64,000 nt of DNA from Anaeramoeba ignava BMAN (Eukaryota > Protista > Anaeramoebae), in NCBI GenBank assembly GCA_028826165.1, contig JAPDFW010000069.1, positions 385,312 through 449,311 of the forward strand, read 5' to 3'. The notes below the pieces were generated by a model. It was given only the letters and a program-made list of their open reading frames with translations, searched no databases and was not told the DNA's origin. This document shows positions 1 to 13,470 of the stretch, piece after piece. A program made the translations under genes and the position numbers. Each line of letters begins with the position of its first letter. Position 1 is the stretch's first letter.

Positions 1-3000
1 GTTGAAAATTGTTTGTCTTAATGGCGATGATTTGACTTTATTTGCTTTCATTTCAAGTTTTGTAATTTTCTTTTCTAATGAATTAATTTTGCGATCAAAA
101 CCGCGAATTTTTGAGTTTAGATAGCTGTCATCTTCATCAGAAGAATCTGAACTATCACTATCAGTATCAGATTTATCAGTTGACTCTGAATCAGAGCTTT
201 TACTTATATTGAATTTACGATGCAATTCAAGCATTTCCAAAAATTCTCGCAGATGATTATGCTCTTTTCCAATAGACAAAGCTGATTTTAATCGAGAAAA
301 TGGTGATTTTGATGTATTTATAGAAAAATGTGGATTTCCAAGTAAAAATGGATCATCTTCAAGATGAACATTTTGGAAAATCATGTCTTCAAGTTCATTT
401 GTTGTTGTTGTGCAACTGATTGATAAGGATTTTTTCCTGTATTCATTCAATCCTAATTCGTCAGGATGTTTTTGGAATTGGATATTCACGCTGTTTCCGA
501 CAACGGTGATGTCCATCCACGGGAATGTGAACACAAAAAGCATCTCGTATTTAGAGAACACTTCTTGTAGTTTTGCAATCAGTATTTGGATCGGCATCAA
601 AGGTGCTTTATTTGGATCTTTTGACTTTGTTGTCTTGAAAAAGACCTTTTCAATTTTTTCAATTTTCGATTCGAATTTGTGATTATTTTCAAATTGCATA
701 TTATTTTCATTTGGAATATTTTCATTTTGAACATTTTCATTTTGGTTATTTTCTGAAAGTGGATTGAGATAACGGAAAAATTCAATAAGGAATTGACTTT
801 TATGGAGCTCAAATACAGAAAAGGAGTTTTGTCTCGACATCAACATCAGCTTTGTTTTGATTAAATATTCCATCTCTTTTTCAGGGTTATGAAGAAACAA
901 AACTCTTCTTCTTAATATTTTGACTCTTTGAGTTGAATAGAGTTTTTTTTCCACAAGTTTCCCAAATTGAGAAACAAATAGTGCTGCTTTTTCGCAGTTA
1001 CTTTCATGAAGTTTGAGTTCATTTTCTGAGCAATATTTCTGAAGTACATCTATCCATTTTTGGTTTTTTTGATTATTATTATTATTATTTAAATTATTTG
1101 GATTATTTTCTTCTGGATTTGGTTTTGGTTTTGATTTTGATTTTGATTTTAATTTTAATTTTGGATTTGATTTTAATTTTAATTTTAATTTTGGATTTGA
1201 TTTTGATTTTAGTTTTTCTGTTGTTGCTAATTTTGAATCTGATTTCATTTTTCGGTATAATCTTGATTTATGATTTGAATGTTCTTTTTGTGTTTTTGGT
1301 ATTTTTTGAGTATTTTTTATTCGAATTGATCTTGATTTTTTTTCTTTTTTCTTTGGATTTTCAATTTGATTTTCATTTTCATTTTCAATTTGATTTTCAA
1401 TTTGATTTTCATTTTGATTTTCAATTTGATTTTCATTTTCATTTTCAATTTCATTTTCAATTTGATTTTCATTTTGATTTTCAATTTGTTTTTCAATTTT
1501 ATTTTGATTTTCATTTTGATTTTGATTTTCAATAGTTTTAAATATCAAATTTCCTTTTCTTTTTGCAATTTTGGATATTTCATAAAAAATTCCATGTTGG
1601 AAAAAATAATGAGTAAAAATTTCTGGTGATTTATGCATCAAAATAGTTGCAAAATGAATTGCATAACCCATTCTTAATGGATCCAATTCTTTTGTAATTA
1701 ATTCTGTGATAACAACTGTTGTTTCCTTTGCATAATTTTGAAGTATATTTGAAAGAAATTTTGCATCTAAAAAGAAAAAACATTTAAAAATTATCAACAA
1801 ACATTTGGCACGATTTCTTTGAAGAACAAGTTCTGTTTGAAACTGAATAAAATTGGGCAAAAGCCCTAAACTAAAATCGGCAATTAACTGTAAATTTACT
1901 TCAAAAAATTCAATTTGCTTTTTCCATATTTCTTCATTGACTGTTATTTTTCTTGTGTATCCAATTGATTTTTTTGATTTTTCAACATCATCATTTGGAG
2001 AAATCATGATATTTGGGAGAATGTCATTAGGAAGAAAAGGAAGAAGTGATTCTGCAAGAGAAAGAATTTGAAAAATTTGTTTTTTGGAGAATTTTCCAGA
2101 AATTTCTTTAAGAATTAAATCTAATATAAAAATATAAATAAATTAGAAAATATAAATAAATTAGAAAATATAAATAAATTAGAAAATATAAATAAATTAG
2201 AAAATATAAATAAATTAGAAAGTATAAATAAATTAGAAAATATTTTCTTTCATTTGACTAACTTTGTTGAGAAAAAACAATCTGTAATAGTTTTATCACT
2301 CCATGTTCATGTAAATAAATGATTGTTTTTGGATACACTTTGCATAAATCTGCTAAAAGTCCAAGAATTGAAGAAAAAGTTGATGGTGAAATTTTGGATC
2401 CTTTTTGGATTTGTTGAAATAAAAGTCCAAGTAATTCTGAAACAAATTTTTCGTTTGCTAAAATTTGAACTTTTTCAGGTGATTCAATAAATTGATTAAA
2501 AATTCTAAACATTGATAAACAAGAAAGATCAAGAACTAAAAAGAATTTGGATGATTGATTATGATTATTATTATTATTATTGATGAATTTAAAAAAAAAA
2601 GTTGTTGTTTTTTTATTAACCTTTTTCATTATCACATTCAAATTGTTGAATTAATAATGGAATTGAATCTGAAATTAATTTAAAATAATTTTCTGGAATG
2701 TCTCGAGTCATATTTGCAACAGCAGAAAGAGCTTTTTGTCTTCCAAACATTGAAAAAAAACCTGAGAAAGCTAAAACAGCCATTAAACCACCTTGTCTTA
2801 AAATTTGTTTATTTTCTTCATAACTTAATTTTTCAAGAATCTTAATTGATTTTTTTTTATATTAATTTAATTCAAAAAATTGGAAAAAAAATTTTTCGAT
2901 AAATTATACTTCTAATGCATTTTCAGCAAGATCAATATCTTCAATTGATAATAATTTTGCAATTAAACTGGGAATGGCAAGTTGTGAAACTTTTGGAGAG

Positions 3001-3315
3001 CAAAAAGGAAAAACAACAAGTAAATTAACTAAAGTTTGACAAGCAAGAACTAAAAAGAAAAAATTAAAAGAAAAATTAAATTAAATTAAAAAATAAAACA
3101 AAATAAAAATTGATTTGAATTTATAATTTTATACTGTTAATGTTTTTTGCATTTTCTAAATTAATAAGTCTAACAATTTCTGGTAAAAGTTTTTCCATAA
3201 TAGATTTTGGCATTCTATTTTCTGTTGAAAGTACAATTCTATCATTGATTTCTCGTAATATTTCGTATACAACAGTTGTATTTTGTTGATTTAATTGATT
3301 AACTAAATTATCCAT
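1..3315 (-). CDS. TRIP12/Ufd4/UPL3-like HECT E3 ubiquitin ligase, N-terminal ARM region; runs off the left edge
   Basis: Manual splicing with GT-AG introns 3050-3134, 2841-2909, 2536-2620 and 2121-2262 gives ...ILACQTLVNLL...IPSLIAKLLSIEDIDLAENALEILEKLS...RQGGLMAVLAFSGFFSMFGRQKALSAVANM..., matching the UPL3/TRIP12 ARM segment. The HECT domain is not in the window, and the true start may be further upstream. Confidence 0.75.
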
Positions 3316-3424
3316 TCTAAATAATAATAATAATAATGAAAAAAAAAGGAAAAAAAAGGAAAAAAATGAAAATTAAAAAAAAGGAAAAAAATAAATCAAA
3401 AACAAAATTTGTTCCACATTTTAC

Positions 3425-6400
3425 AATAATTAATAATTTATTAATAAATTTATATAAAATTATATTTAGAAATAAAATATAAATAAATAATTATTATTTA
3501 ATATAGATTTAATTATTAATATTTAATAAATAAAAGAAAAGGAAATGAAAATAAGAATAAAATTAAATAATATTAAATAATAATTTATTAATAAATTAAT
3601 ATAAAATTATATTTAGAAATAAAATATAAATAAATTATTATTTAAAATAGATTTAATTATTAATATTTAATAAATAAAAAGAAAAAGGAAATGAAAATAA
3701 GAATAAAATTAAATAATATTAAATAATAATTTATTAATAAATTTAAATAAAATTATATTTAGAAATAAAATATAAATAAATTATTATTTAATATATATTT
3801 AATTATTTATATTTAATAAATAAAAAAAATAGAATAATAAAATTAAATAATATTAAATAATAATTTATTAATAAATTTATATAAAATTATATTTAGAAAT
3901 AAAATATAAATAAATTATTATTGTTTAAAATAGATTTAATTATTGATATTTAATAAATAAAATAAAATGAAAATAAGAATAAAATTAAATAATATTAATT
4001 AATAATTTATTAATAAATTTAATATAAAATTATATTTAGAAATAAAATATAAATAAATAATTGTTTAATATAGATTTAATTATTAATATTTAATAAATAA
4101 AAATATTGAATAAATAAAATAATAATAAAATTAAATAATATTAAATAATAATTTATTAATAAATTTATATAAAATTATATTAGAAATAAAAATTAAATTA
4201 ATATAAAATTATATTTAATAAAAAAAAAATAAATAAAATAAATAAAATTAAATAATTTAATAATAAGATTTATAAAATTATATTTAAAAATAAAATAAAA
4301 ATTGTTTTAAAATTGAATAAATAATATAATAAATAAAAATATTGAAATGAAAATAATAATAAAATTAAATAATATTAATTAATAATTTATTAATAAATTT
4401 ATATAAAATTATATTTAGAAATAAAATATAAATAAATTATTATTTAATATAGATTTAATTATTAATATTTAATAAATAAAAAAAGGAAATGAAAATGGGA
4501 ATAAATAAAAATAGTTAATTTAAAATAATTTAATTATTAATATTTTAAAGAAAAGGAAATGAAAATATTTAATAAAAATAAAAATATAAAAATAAAATTA
4601 TATTTGAAATAAAATATAAATTTAAAATAGATTTAATTATTGATATTTAATAAAAAAAAGATTGAATAAAAAAAAAATAATAAAATAAATAAAAATAATA
4701 AAAATAAAATATAAAATTATATTTAGAAATAAAATATAAATAAATTATTATTTAATTATTAATATTTAATAAATAAAAATATTGAATAAATAAAATAATA
4801 ATAAAAATTAAATAATATTAAAAATAATTTATTAATAAAAATAAAATATATTTGAAATAAAAATATAAACAAATAAGTTTTAAAATAGATTTAATTATTA
4901 ATATTTAATAAATAAAAAAAAAAAAAAATAAAATGAAAATAAATAATAAAAATTAAATAATAAATTAATATAATTAATTTATTAATAAAAATTTAATATA
5001 AAATTATATTTAAGAAAAAAAATAAATAAATAAATAAAATTAAATTTTAATATATTTATTTAATTTATTGATATTTAATAAATAAAAATATTGAATAAAT
5101 AAAAATAATAATAAAAAATTAAATAATATTAATAATATTAATTAATATTAATAAATTTATTAATAAATTTATATAAAATTATATTTAGAAATAAAAATAT
5201 AAACAAATTATTGTTTAAAATAGATTTAATTATTAATATTTAATAAATAAAAAGGAAATGAAAATAATAATAAAAAAATAAGAATAAAAATTAAATAATA
5301 ATTAAATAATAATTTATTAAATAAAATTATTTAAAATATTTAAAATTATATTTGAAATAAAATAAGAATAAAATTAATTATTTAAAAATAGATTTAATTA
5401 TTGATATTTTTAATAAATAAAAAGATTGAATAAATAAAATAATAATAAAATTAAATTAAATAATATTAAATAATAATTTATTAATAAATTTATATAAAAT
5501 TATATTTAGAAATAAAATATAAATAAATAATTGTTTAAAATGATTTTTATTGATATTTAATTATTTAAATATTTAATAAATAAAAATATTGAATAAATTA
5601 ATATAAAAATAATAATAAAATTAAATAATATTAAATAATTTAATTTATTAATAAATTTATATAAAATTATATTTAGAAATAAAAATATAAAAATATAAAA
5701 TAATAATTGTTTAAATATAGATTTTAATTAATATTTAATAAATAAAAAAAAAAATATTGAATAAAATTAAATAATAATAAAAATAATTTATTAATAAATT
5801 TATATAAAATTATATTTAGAAATAAAATTAAATAAATAAAATTTTAAAATATTTAAAATTATATTTAGAAATAAAAAATATAAATAAAATAATTAAAATT
5901 TTAAAATATTAATATAAAATTATATTTAATAAATAAAAAAGAAATGAAAATTTAATAAATAAAAAATTGAATAAATAAAATAATAATAAAATTAAATAAT
6001 ATTAAATAATAATTTATTAATAAATTAATATAAAATTATATTTAGAAATAAAATATAAATAAATTATTGTTTAAAATAGATTTAATTATTAATATTTAAT
6101 AAATAAAAATATTGAATAAATAAAATAATAATAAAATTAAATAAAATTAAATAATAATTTATTAATAAATTTATATAAAATTATTTAGAAATAAATATAA
6201 ATAAAAATTATATTTTTAGATATTTAATAAATAAAAATATAAACAAATAATTATTTAATATAATTTAATTATTTATATTTAATAAAAAAAAAAATATTGT
6301 TTTAAAATAGATTTAATTAATTTAATAAATAAAAATATTGAATAAATAAAATAAAATAAAATAAATTTATTAATAAAAATTAATATAAAATTATATTTAG

Positions 6401-6480
6401 AAATAAAATATAAACAAATAATTGTTTAAAATAGATTTAATTATTGATATTTAATAAATAAAAATATTGAATAAATGAAT
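3425..6480. repeat. AT-rich tandem satellite, ~135-147 bp unit, ~20 copies
   Basis: The anchor 'ataaaattatatttagaaataaaa' recurs near 3469, 3616, 3762, 3896, 4039 and onward; the array is almost devoid of G and C. Confidence 0.9.
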
Positions 6481-6758
6481 ATTTAAATAAAAAAATTTAA
6501 AAATTTTTAATTGTTTTTTTTAATTTATTTTTTAATAAATAATTGAATAAAGTTAATAATAATATTAAAAAATTTTTAAATTAAAAAAGAGAAAAATAAG
6601 AAAAAATATAATTTTAAAATTGATAAGTTAAAAACGATTTCTTTTTTAATTTCTTTTTAATTTCTCTTTAATTTCTTTTTTTTTTTTTTCATTTTTTTTT
6701 TACTTTTTAAATTTTTATTTTTTTTTTCTTCACAACAAAATTTCAGCATTCATTATAA

Positions 6759-8231
6759 ATGCCGAGAGAAGTTGTATCAATTCATTTAGGACAAGCAGGA
6801 TGTCAAATAGGAACATCATGTTGGGAATTATATTGCGCAGAACATGGAATAACATATGATGGACTTATGCCATCAGACACAACAAAAGGACAAGAAACAG
6901 ATGCATTCAACACATTTTTCTCAGAAACAAGTGCAGGTCAACACGTTCCAAGAGCAGTATTTTTTGATTTGGAACCATCAGTAGTTCAAGAAGTAAAAAA
7001 CGGAAAATTTCGAAAATTATTTCATCCCGATTACATGTTGACAGGCAAAGAAGATGCAGCAAATAATTATGCAAGAGGTCATTTCACAGTTGGTCGAGAA
7101 TATCTTGAAGATGCCATTGAAAGAATTCGCAAGATTGTCGAGCAATGCAGTTCAATTCAGGGATTTTTGCTTTTCAATTCACTTGGTGGAGGAACTGGAT
7201 CTGGTTTTGGATCGTTACTTTTGGAAAGATTTGCTTCTGATTACAAGAAAAAATCAAAGCTTGATTTCTGCATTTATCCTGCGCCCCAAGTTTCTACCTC
7301 AGTTGTTGAACCTTATAACACTGTTCTCTCAACTCACTCAATGATGGACTATTGTGATGTCACTTTCTTAGTTGATAATGAAGCCATTTACGATATTTGC
7401 AAGCAAAAACTCGGAATTGAAAGACCAACTTACGTCAATTTGAACCGTTTGATTGCTCAAGTTCTTTCTTCAATTACAGCCTCTTTAAGATTTGAAGGTG
7501 ATTTGAATGTTGATTTGAATGAGTTTCAGACAAATCTTGTGCCGTATCCAAGAATCCACTTTCCGTTAGTTTCATATTCGCCAATTATCAATTCAAAACG
7601 AGCAGCACATGAAGCAATGACAGTTAACGAATTGACATCATCTGTTTTTGATCCAGGAAGCGTTATGATCAAATGCGATCCTCGTCAAGGAAAGTACATG
7701 GCTTGCACAATGCTTTATCGTGGTGATGTTATTCCAAAAGACACAACGGCTGCTATTGCGAATATCAAGACAAAACAACAGATCCAATTTGTTGACTGGT
7801 CGCCAACTGGTTTCAAAGTTGGTATCAATAAAAGACCTCCTTCAGTTGTTCCTGGTGGTGATTTGGCTCTTGTTAAAAGAGCTTTGTGTATGTTGGCTGC
7901 TACTACTGCTGTTGGTGAAACTTGGAATAGAGTCAATCATAACTTTGATTTGATGTTTGCTAAACGTGCTTTTGTTCATTGGTATGTTGGTGAAGGTATG
8001 GAAGAAAGTGAATTCAAAGAATCAAGAGATGATTTAGCAGCTTTAGAAAACGATTATGAAGGTAAATTTTTTAAACTTAATTTAATTTAATTTTTTTAAT
8101 TTAATTTAATTTAAATTTATTTTATTTTTTAATTTAAATTTATTTTTTAATTAGTTGCTGGTAAAGATACTGATGAACTTGAAGAAATGTCTGATGGTGA
8201 TGAAGTTGTTGAGGATGATGATTCAGATTAA
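6759..8231 (+). CDS. TUBA: Divergent alpha-tubulin; exons 6759-8061 and 8155-8231
   Basis: GGGTGSG signature, alpha-type [19 protein letters not shown] and [15 protein letters not shown]. The GT-AG intron 8062-8154 restores the acidic tail [25 protein letters not shown]. Confidence 0.96.
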
Positions 8232-8476
8232 ATCAAAATTTTGATTTTTGATTTTCTGATTTTCTTTTTTCTAATTTGATTTTCCAATTCCAATTTCAAT
8301 TTCAATTTTTTTTTATTATTCTGATTTTCATTTTGATTTTGATTTTCATTTCCAATTTAAAGAATAATAAAAAAAAACTTTCCAAAAATTCAAAACAAAC
8401 ACAATTTTAATTTCTTATTAAATTTTTATTTCATTTCTTTTTAATTTCTTTTTTAATTTCTTTTTTAATTTTCTTA

Positions 8477-9481
8477 TTAATTTTGATTTGTATTTCTTAT
8501 CATCCTTTGACCAATTGATTTTAAAAATGTTTTCCAATTTTCATGACTTAATTTTGTAAAATCATCAGCATATTTAGCAATATATTCTAAATATTCAGTA
8601 AGATAAAGTAATTCTTGATCATCCGAAGGTCCTTCTAATTTATCAAAAGATTTGATTTTTAAACCATTTTTTGGATTCAAAACAAAATTACGAGAAAGAT
8701 CATCAACATGAATAGTATTTTTTGGAGAATAGAATTCAGGAAGCTTTGCCCAGATAATCTCCAAAGGTTTGACATAATGGTCATGATCATTTTCGAGATG
8801 GTTAGATTTAATCTTAATCATTGAACTAGTATCCATGATGAAAGTGATTTTAATATCAGGATTTGAAAACAAGTTCATTTCATAACATTTTGCTTCGATC
8901 CATTTCCAACTTGTTTGAGACCAGATGCATATATCATAAAGCGGAGAAATGCGCTTAAGGAAATAATGCAAATAAGGACGTGTTAGTTCAGCAATAGTTG
9001 TGCCTTTTCCTCCAAGATGAAAAATTGTGTGATCGATATCAAGAACAAGTAATTTGACGTTTTTCCTCATTTCCGAAATGGGTTGAATATTCACAGTTTC
9101 GATTCTTTTTTTAAGCAATTCTTGAACGCGGGAATCTTGATGGAATGCTTCTTCATCTTTTTGTGATGGATAATAATCATATTCAAGATCATTGATAATT
9201 TCAGGTAAATCATCAGGCACTTGTTGTATTTCTTGAACTACTTTTTCTGGTGTTCCGATAAGCATAATTTTCTTGCTAATTACAAGTTTTGAATCGCTTA
9301 GTTTGATTGAATCATCTGGCATTTTCCCGGATAATTTAAACCCAATTATTTTTTGTCTTTTGATTAAAACTCCTGTCAATTCTTCTAATTTTTGTTTTAA
9401 GTTGTAAATTGTGTTTTCTTTTTCCATTTCGATTTCAATTTTTTGTGATTTGAAATTAATTAAAAGAGTAATTTGATCCAT
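8477..9481 (-). CDS. UBLCP1: Ubiquitin-like domain-containing CTD phosphatase 1
   Basis: N-terminal UBL (LTGVLIKRQKIIG...IMLIGTPE) plus an FCP1/HAD domain with LLVLDIDHT, RPYLHYFL, VKPLEIIW and DDLSRNF. Confidence 0.92.
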   Translation of the reverse strand: MDQITLLINFKSQKIEIEMEKENTIYNLKQKLEELTGVLIKRQKIIGFKLSGKMPDDSIKLSDSKLVISKKIMLIGTPEKVVQEIQQVPDDLPEIINDLEYDYYPSQKDEEAFHQDSRVQELLKKRIETVNIQPISEMRKNVKLLVLDIDHTIFHLGGKGTTIAELTRPYLHYFLKRISPLYDICIWSQTSWKWIEAKCYEMNLFSNPDIKITFIMDTSSMIKIKSNHLENDHDHYVKPLEIIWAKLPEFYSPKNTIHVDDLSRNFVLNPKNGLKIKSFDKLEGPSDDQELLYLTEYLEYIAKYADDFTKLSHENWKTFLKSIGQRMIRNTNQN

Positions 9482-9612
9482 TATTTTTAATTTTTTTTAA
9501 CTTCAAAAAGAAAAAAAATGAAATCGGAAAAAAAATTCAAAAAAAAAATAATTTGAAAAAAAATATTCGTTCTTTTTTTTTTGCTTAAAATGAAAATCAA
9601 AATGAAAAACTT

Positions 9613-11396
9613 TTAAAGAATCAAACAAGGATTAGCATGTTTCTTATTATCTTTATGAGTTTCATTCTTATCTTTTTCTTTTTCATTTTCATTATCATTT
9701 TCATTATCATTTTTATTATCCAATTTAGGTTCAGAAGCGTCTTTAAAAGCAGATTTAAATTCATCATAAAGAGAGTTCCAAGTATCATCAAGAGGCGGCA
9801 TTTCAAAAGCTTCAGGTTCAGTTAATTGTATTCCTTGAGGGAGTTCAGGAAGATCATCAGTGGATTGAAAATACAAATGGTCATTTTCCAATTTCTTTGA
9901 ATTCAAAGATTTTGTAATTGATTGTAAAAAAACTTCCAATTCTTTCATTGGAATTTTTGGATCGGTTTTTGGAGAAAAATCAGCATAACTTGTGATAACT
10001 TCGTCCAAATTTGTGAGCATTGATTTTGCCTTTTCTAGACCGCAAACTGCCTGTCCTGCGCCGTGTTCTTTGTCTGCAACGCTGATGTGATCTCCATGAT
10101 ATTGAAGTGCAACTGCTTCGTAAATATTCATTTTATATTTTGCATATGATCTGATTTTGTGAACCTTTGCTCCAGGTGTTTTGGAAAATTCGTTTAATCC
10201 GTAGTAAAATGTTGAGTATTTAGTGTGTACATCAACAGCTAATTTTGCTATTAAGGATGATTTGTTTTTTTTGAAAATTGCTCTTTGTATTGTTACTTCT
10301 TGTCCCATTGCTAATATCATATCTTTCATTACTTTTACGAGTTCTGGTTTGAGTTCGTAAGGAATATGTTCTCCTTGAAGTTTTGAAGATTGACTTTCTA
10401 ACTCTTGGCATACACCAGCAGCCTTTATAGATTAAAAATAAAATTCATTTTGAAATTCATTTATAAATTCATTTTGAAATTCATTTTGAAATTAAAATTA
10501 AAATTCATTTTGAAATTAAAATTCATTTTAAAATTCATTTTAAAATTAATTTTGAAATTAAAATTCATTATAAAATTAAAATTCATTTTGAAATTAAAAT
10601 TCATTTTTAAATTAAAATTCATTTTGAAATTAAAATTCATTTTGAAATTAAAATTAATTTTGAAATTAAAATTAAAATTATAATTAAAATTATAATTCAT
10701 TTTGAAATTCATTTTGAAATTAAAATTCATTTTGAAATTAAAATTCAATTTGAAATTAAAATTAAAATTAAAATTCATTTTGAAATTAAAATTCATTTTG
10801 AAATTAAAATTCATTTTGAAATTCATTTTAAAATTAAAATTATAATTAAAATTTAAATTCATTTTGAAATTAAAATTCATTTTGAAATTCATTTTGAAAT
10901 TAAAAATTACTTTCAAAAGAAGATGATACATTTCTTTATGAACTTGATCAGCATTACTTTGAGTAACAGTTTGAGCTAAAGAACTAGCTTTATTAATCAT
11001 CCAAATAGTAGCAGTAAGTAAAACAGAACAAACATCGAACTGAGCATCAAAAACAGTAGTTTTTTCTTCAGGATCAATAATATTTGACCAAGAAAAAGAA
11101 ATTCTTTTTCTAAGACCAGAATCACTGCCATCATTTGGATGAACAATAAATCCAAGCAATAAAGAAAGGTATCTCTTAAGTGCCTCAATCAACTGCTCAT
11201 CGCTACTTGTTGCCGTTGGGTTTTTGTGAAGGATGTCTAATAATAGTGCTCTTTGTTGTGTTAATAAACTTAATTGTGCTCGAGGTCCTTCTGATTTGAT
11301 CTCTTTTGATAACCAATTTACAAAATTAACTGGCTTCCCTGTTTTCGTTTGTGAACGATAGAAGTGAATTGGTGCAACTTCAGGTTCTTCAAACAT
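9613..11396 (-). CDS. BROX: BRO1-domain protein with C-terminal CaaX (BROX-like); exons 10911-11396 and 9613-10422
   Basis: Removing the GT-AG intron 10423-10910 joins ...MYHLLLK|AAGVCQE in frame. It has BRO1-type motifs (FSWSN, AMGQEVTIQRAI, LIAKLA, ENDHLYFQ) and ends in CLIL. Confidence 0.85.
10423..10910 (-). repeat. Microsatellite-filled intron (aaattc/attttg/aaatta hexamers)
   Basis: GT...AG boundaries flank a 488-nt hexamer array. Confidence 0.88.
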
Positions 11397-11475
11397 TTGC
11401 TAAATGAAAAAAAAATTTTTAAAAAAAAGGAAAAAAAAATGAATTTTGTTTTTTTCATTTTTTTCATTTTTAAAA

Positions 11476-13249
11476 ATGAATGAAATTTTATTTTTTGGCT
11501 CAAATCAAAATCCAAAACTTTTTAAAAATGAACCAGAAATAATAACAAAACCAATTCAATTTAAATTTGAAAATGAAAATGAAAATGAAAAACAAATTAA
11601 ACAAATTTCAACAAGTTTTTTTTCAACAATTTTCCTGTTTAAAAATGGAAAAGCAATAGAATATTTAAATGAAAATTATTCAAAACAAAAATCCTGAAAA
11701 AATCCAAATTGAAGAAAATATTCAAAAAGTAACTGTTAGTTCTGGAAATGAAGCTATTTTAACAAAAGAAGGAAATGCATTTGCAAAAGGATACAATATT
11801 AATCCAAAAAATCCAAATGAACTTATCAATATTTCATCATTAATTGAAGATACAAATGATAGAGTAATTCAAGATATTATTTCTGGAAACAATTCAATTT
11901 ACTTATTAACTTCAAATCATAATGCTTATGGAATTGGTTCAAATCAATATTTTCAACTTGGTTTTGATTCTAGAACACTTCCAAAAATAGAAAAACCAAT
12001 TTTAATGATGAAAAATGTTTCTAAAATATTTTCAGGAATTGATTCAAAACATGCTTTTCTTTTAAATTCAAATCAAGAATTATTTGGATGCGGATATAAT
12101 GAATATGGTCAAATTGGATTAGGAGAATCAAGAAAACAAGAAATAAAAATCCATAAATTAACCAAAATCCAAAATATTCCAAAAGGCAAAATAATTGATA
12201 TTCAAACAGCATGGTTTCATTCAATAATGTTGATTGAAATTGAAAATGAAAATGAAAATCCAAAAAGAAAACTTTATTCATGTGGATATTATCCATTTAA
12301 TGGACTTGGCAAAGATGAAAATACTTATGAATTTACTGAAATCAAATCATCTTTATTTGAAAATGATTATATTCTTGAAATTTGTGTTGCGTATGATCAT
12401 AATTCGGTTTTAACATCCAAAGGGAAATTAATAGGATTTGGAGATAATTTTTCAGGTCAATTAGGAACTGGAGATACAAATAATCAATTAATTCCAATTC
12501 AAATTGAACTTCCTAAATTAAGATTTAATGAAGATATTTCTAATTATCATATTTCTTGTGGATATGAAAGATCATTTCTTTATTATTCTCCTTTTCTTTC
12601 TTCTTTTTCCAATCTTGAAGAAGATTTGATAAAATTATTTAGAAGAAAAGAATTTTGCAATATTTCATTTAAAACAGAAAATGGAGAAATAATTGAAGCT
12701 CATAAATTAATATTGAAATATAGATTAAATCAAAATCAAAATGAAATTGAAAAACTTAAAGAAATTATTTCAAAAAAATCAATTAAAGAATCAAATCAAA
12801 TATTTGAAATGATTTATTCAAATAATTCCAAAATAAATCCAAAATTATATTCTGAAATTAAAGAAATTATAAATTCCAATGAAAAAATTGAAGAAACAAT
12901 GAAAAGAATTTATTTAAATGAAAATGAAAAAGATTTTATTATTGAAAGAAAAGAAAAACAATATAAATTTCCTAAATTAATATTAATAATGAGAAGTGAA
13001 TTATATCGAGGAATGTTTTTATCTGTAACTGAAGATAAATCTAATAAAGTTACAGATTATAGTGAATTAAGTAATAAATCATTTCAAATATTTGAATATT
13101 GGATTTATTCAAATCAAATTAAAGAAGATATCCAAATTACACAAGAAATTATTGATGAAATTGAAATTGGAATTGATTATTTTCAATTAAATCAAACAAA
13201 TCCAAATTTATTTGATTTATTAATTAAGAAATTTAATAATCAAAATTAA
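11476..13249 (+). CDS. RCC1-like beta-propeller + tandem BTB protein, copy 1 (one frameshift near 11685)
   Basis: RCC1 repeats (GSNxxxQLG, GCGxNxxGQ) followed by two BTB-like blocks (AHKLILKYR; FPKLILIMRSELYRGMF). ORFs 11446-11697 and 11669-13249 join across an A-run. Confidence 0.88.
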
Positions 13250-13450
13250 AATTAAAATTAAAATTAAAATTAAAATTAAAATTAAAATTAAAATTAAAAT
13301 TAAAATTAAAATTAAAATTAAAATTAAAATTAAAATTAAAATTAAAAATTAAAATCAAAATTAAAATTAAAATTAAAATCAAAATTAAAATTAAAATTAA
13401 AATCAAAATTAAAATCAAAATTAAAATTAAAATTAAAATTAAAATTAAAT
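13240..13450. repeat. (TTAAAA)n microsatellite between convergent genes
   Basis: Seen directly in the sequence. Confidence 0.92.
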
Positions 13451-13470
13451 TTAATATTTTTTTCATGCTT

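Noticed and set aside
1098-1629. Low-complexity ORFs (LILIL, FNFNF, KLKLK), also at 10405, 13233, 22492-23990, 27885-28406 and 53618
   Set aside because: They are translations of microsatellites, or antisense/off-frame reads of EN/NQ-rich coding inserts.
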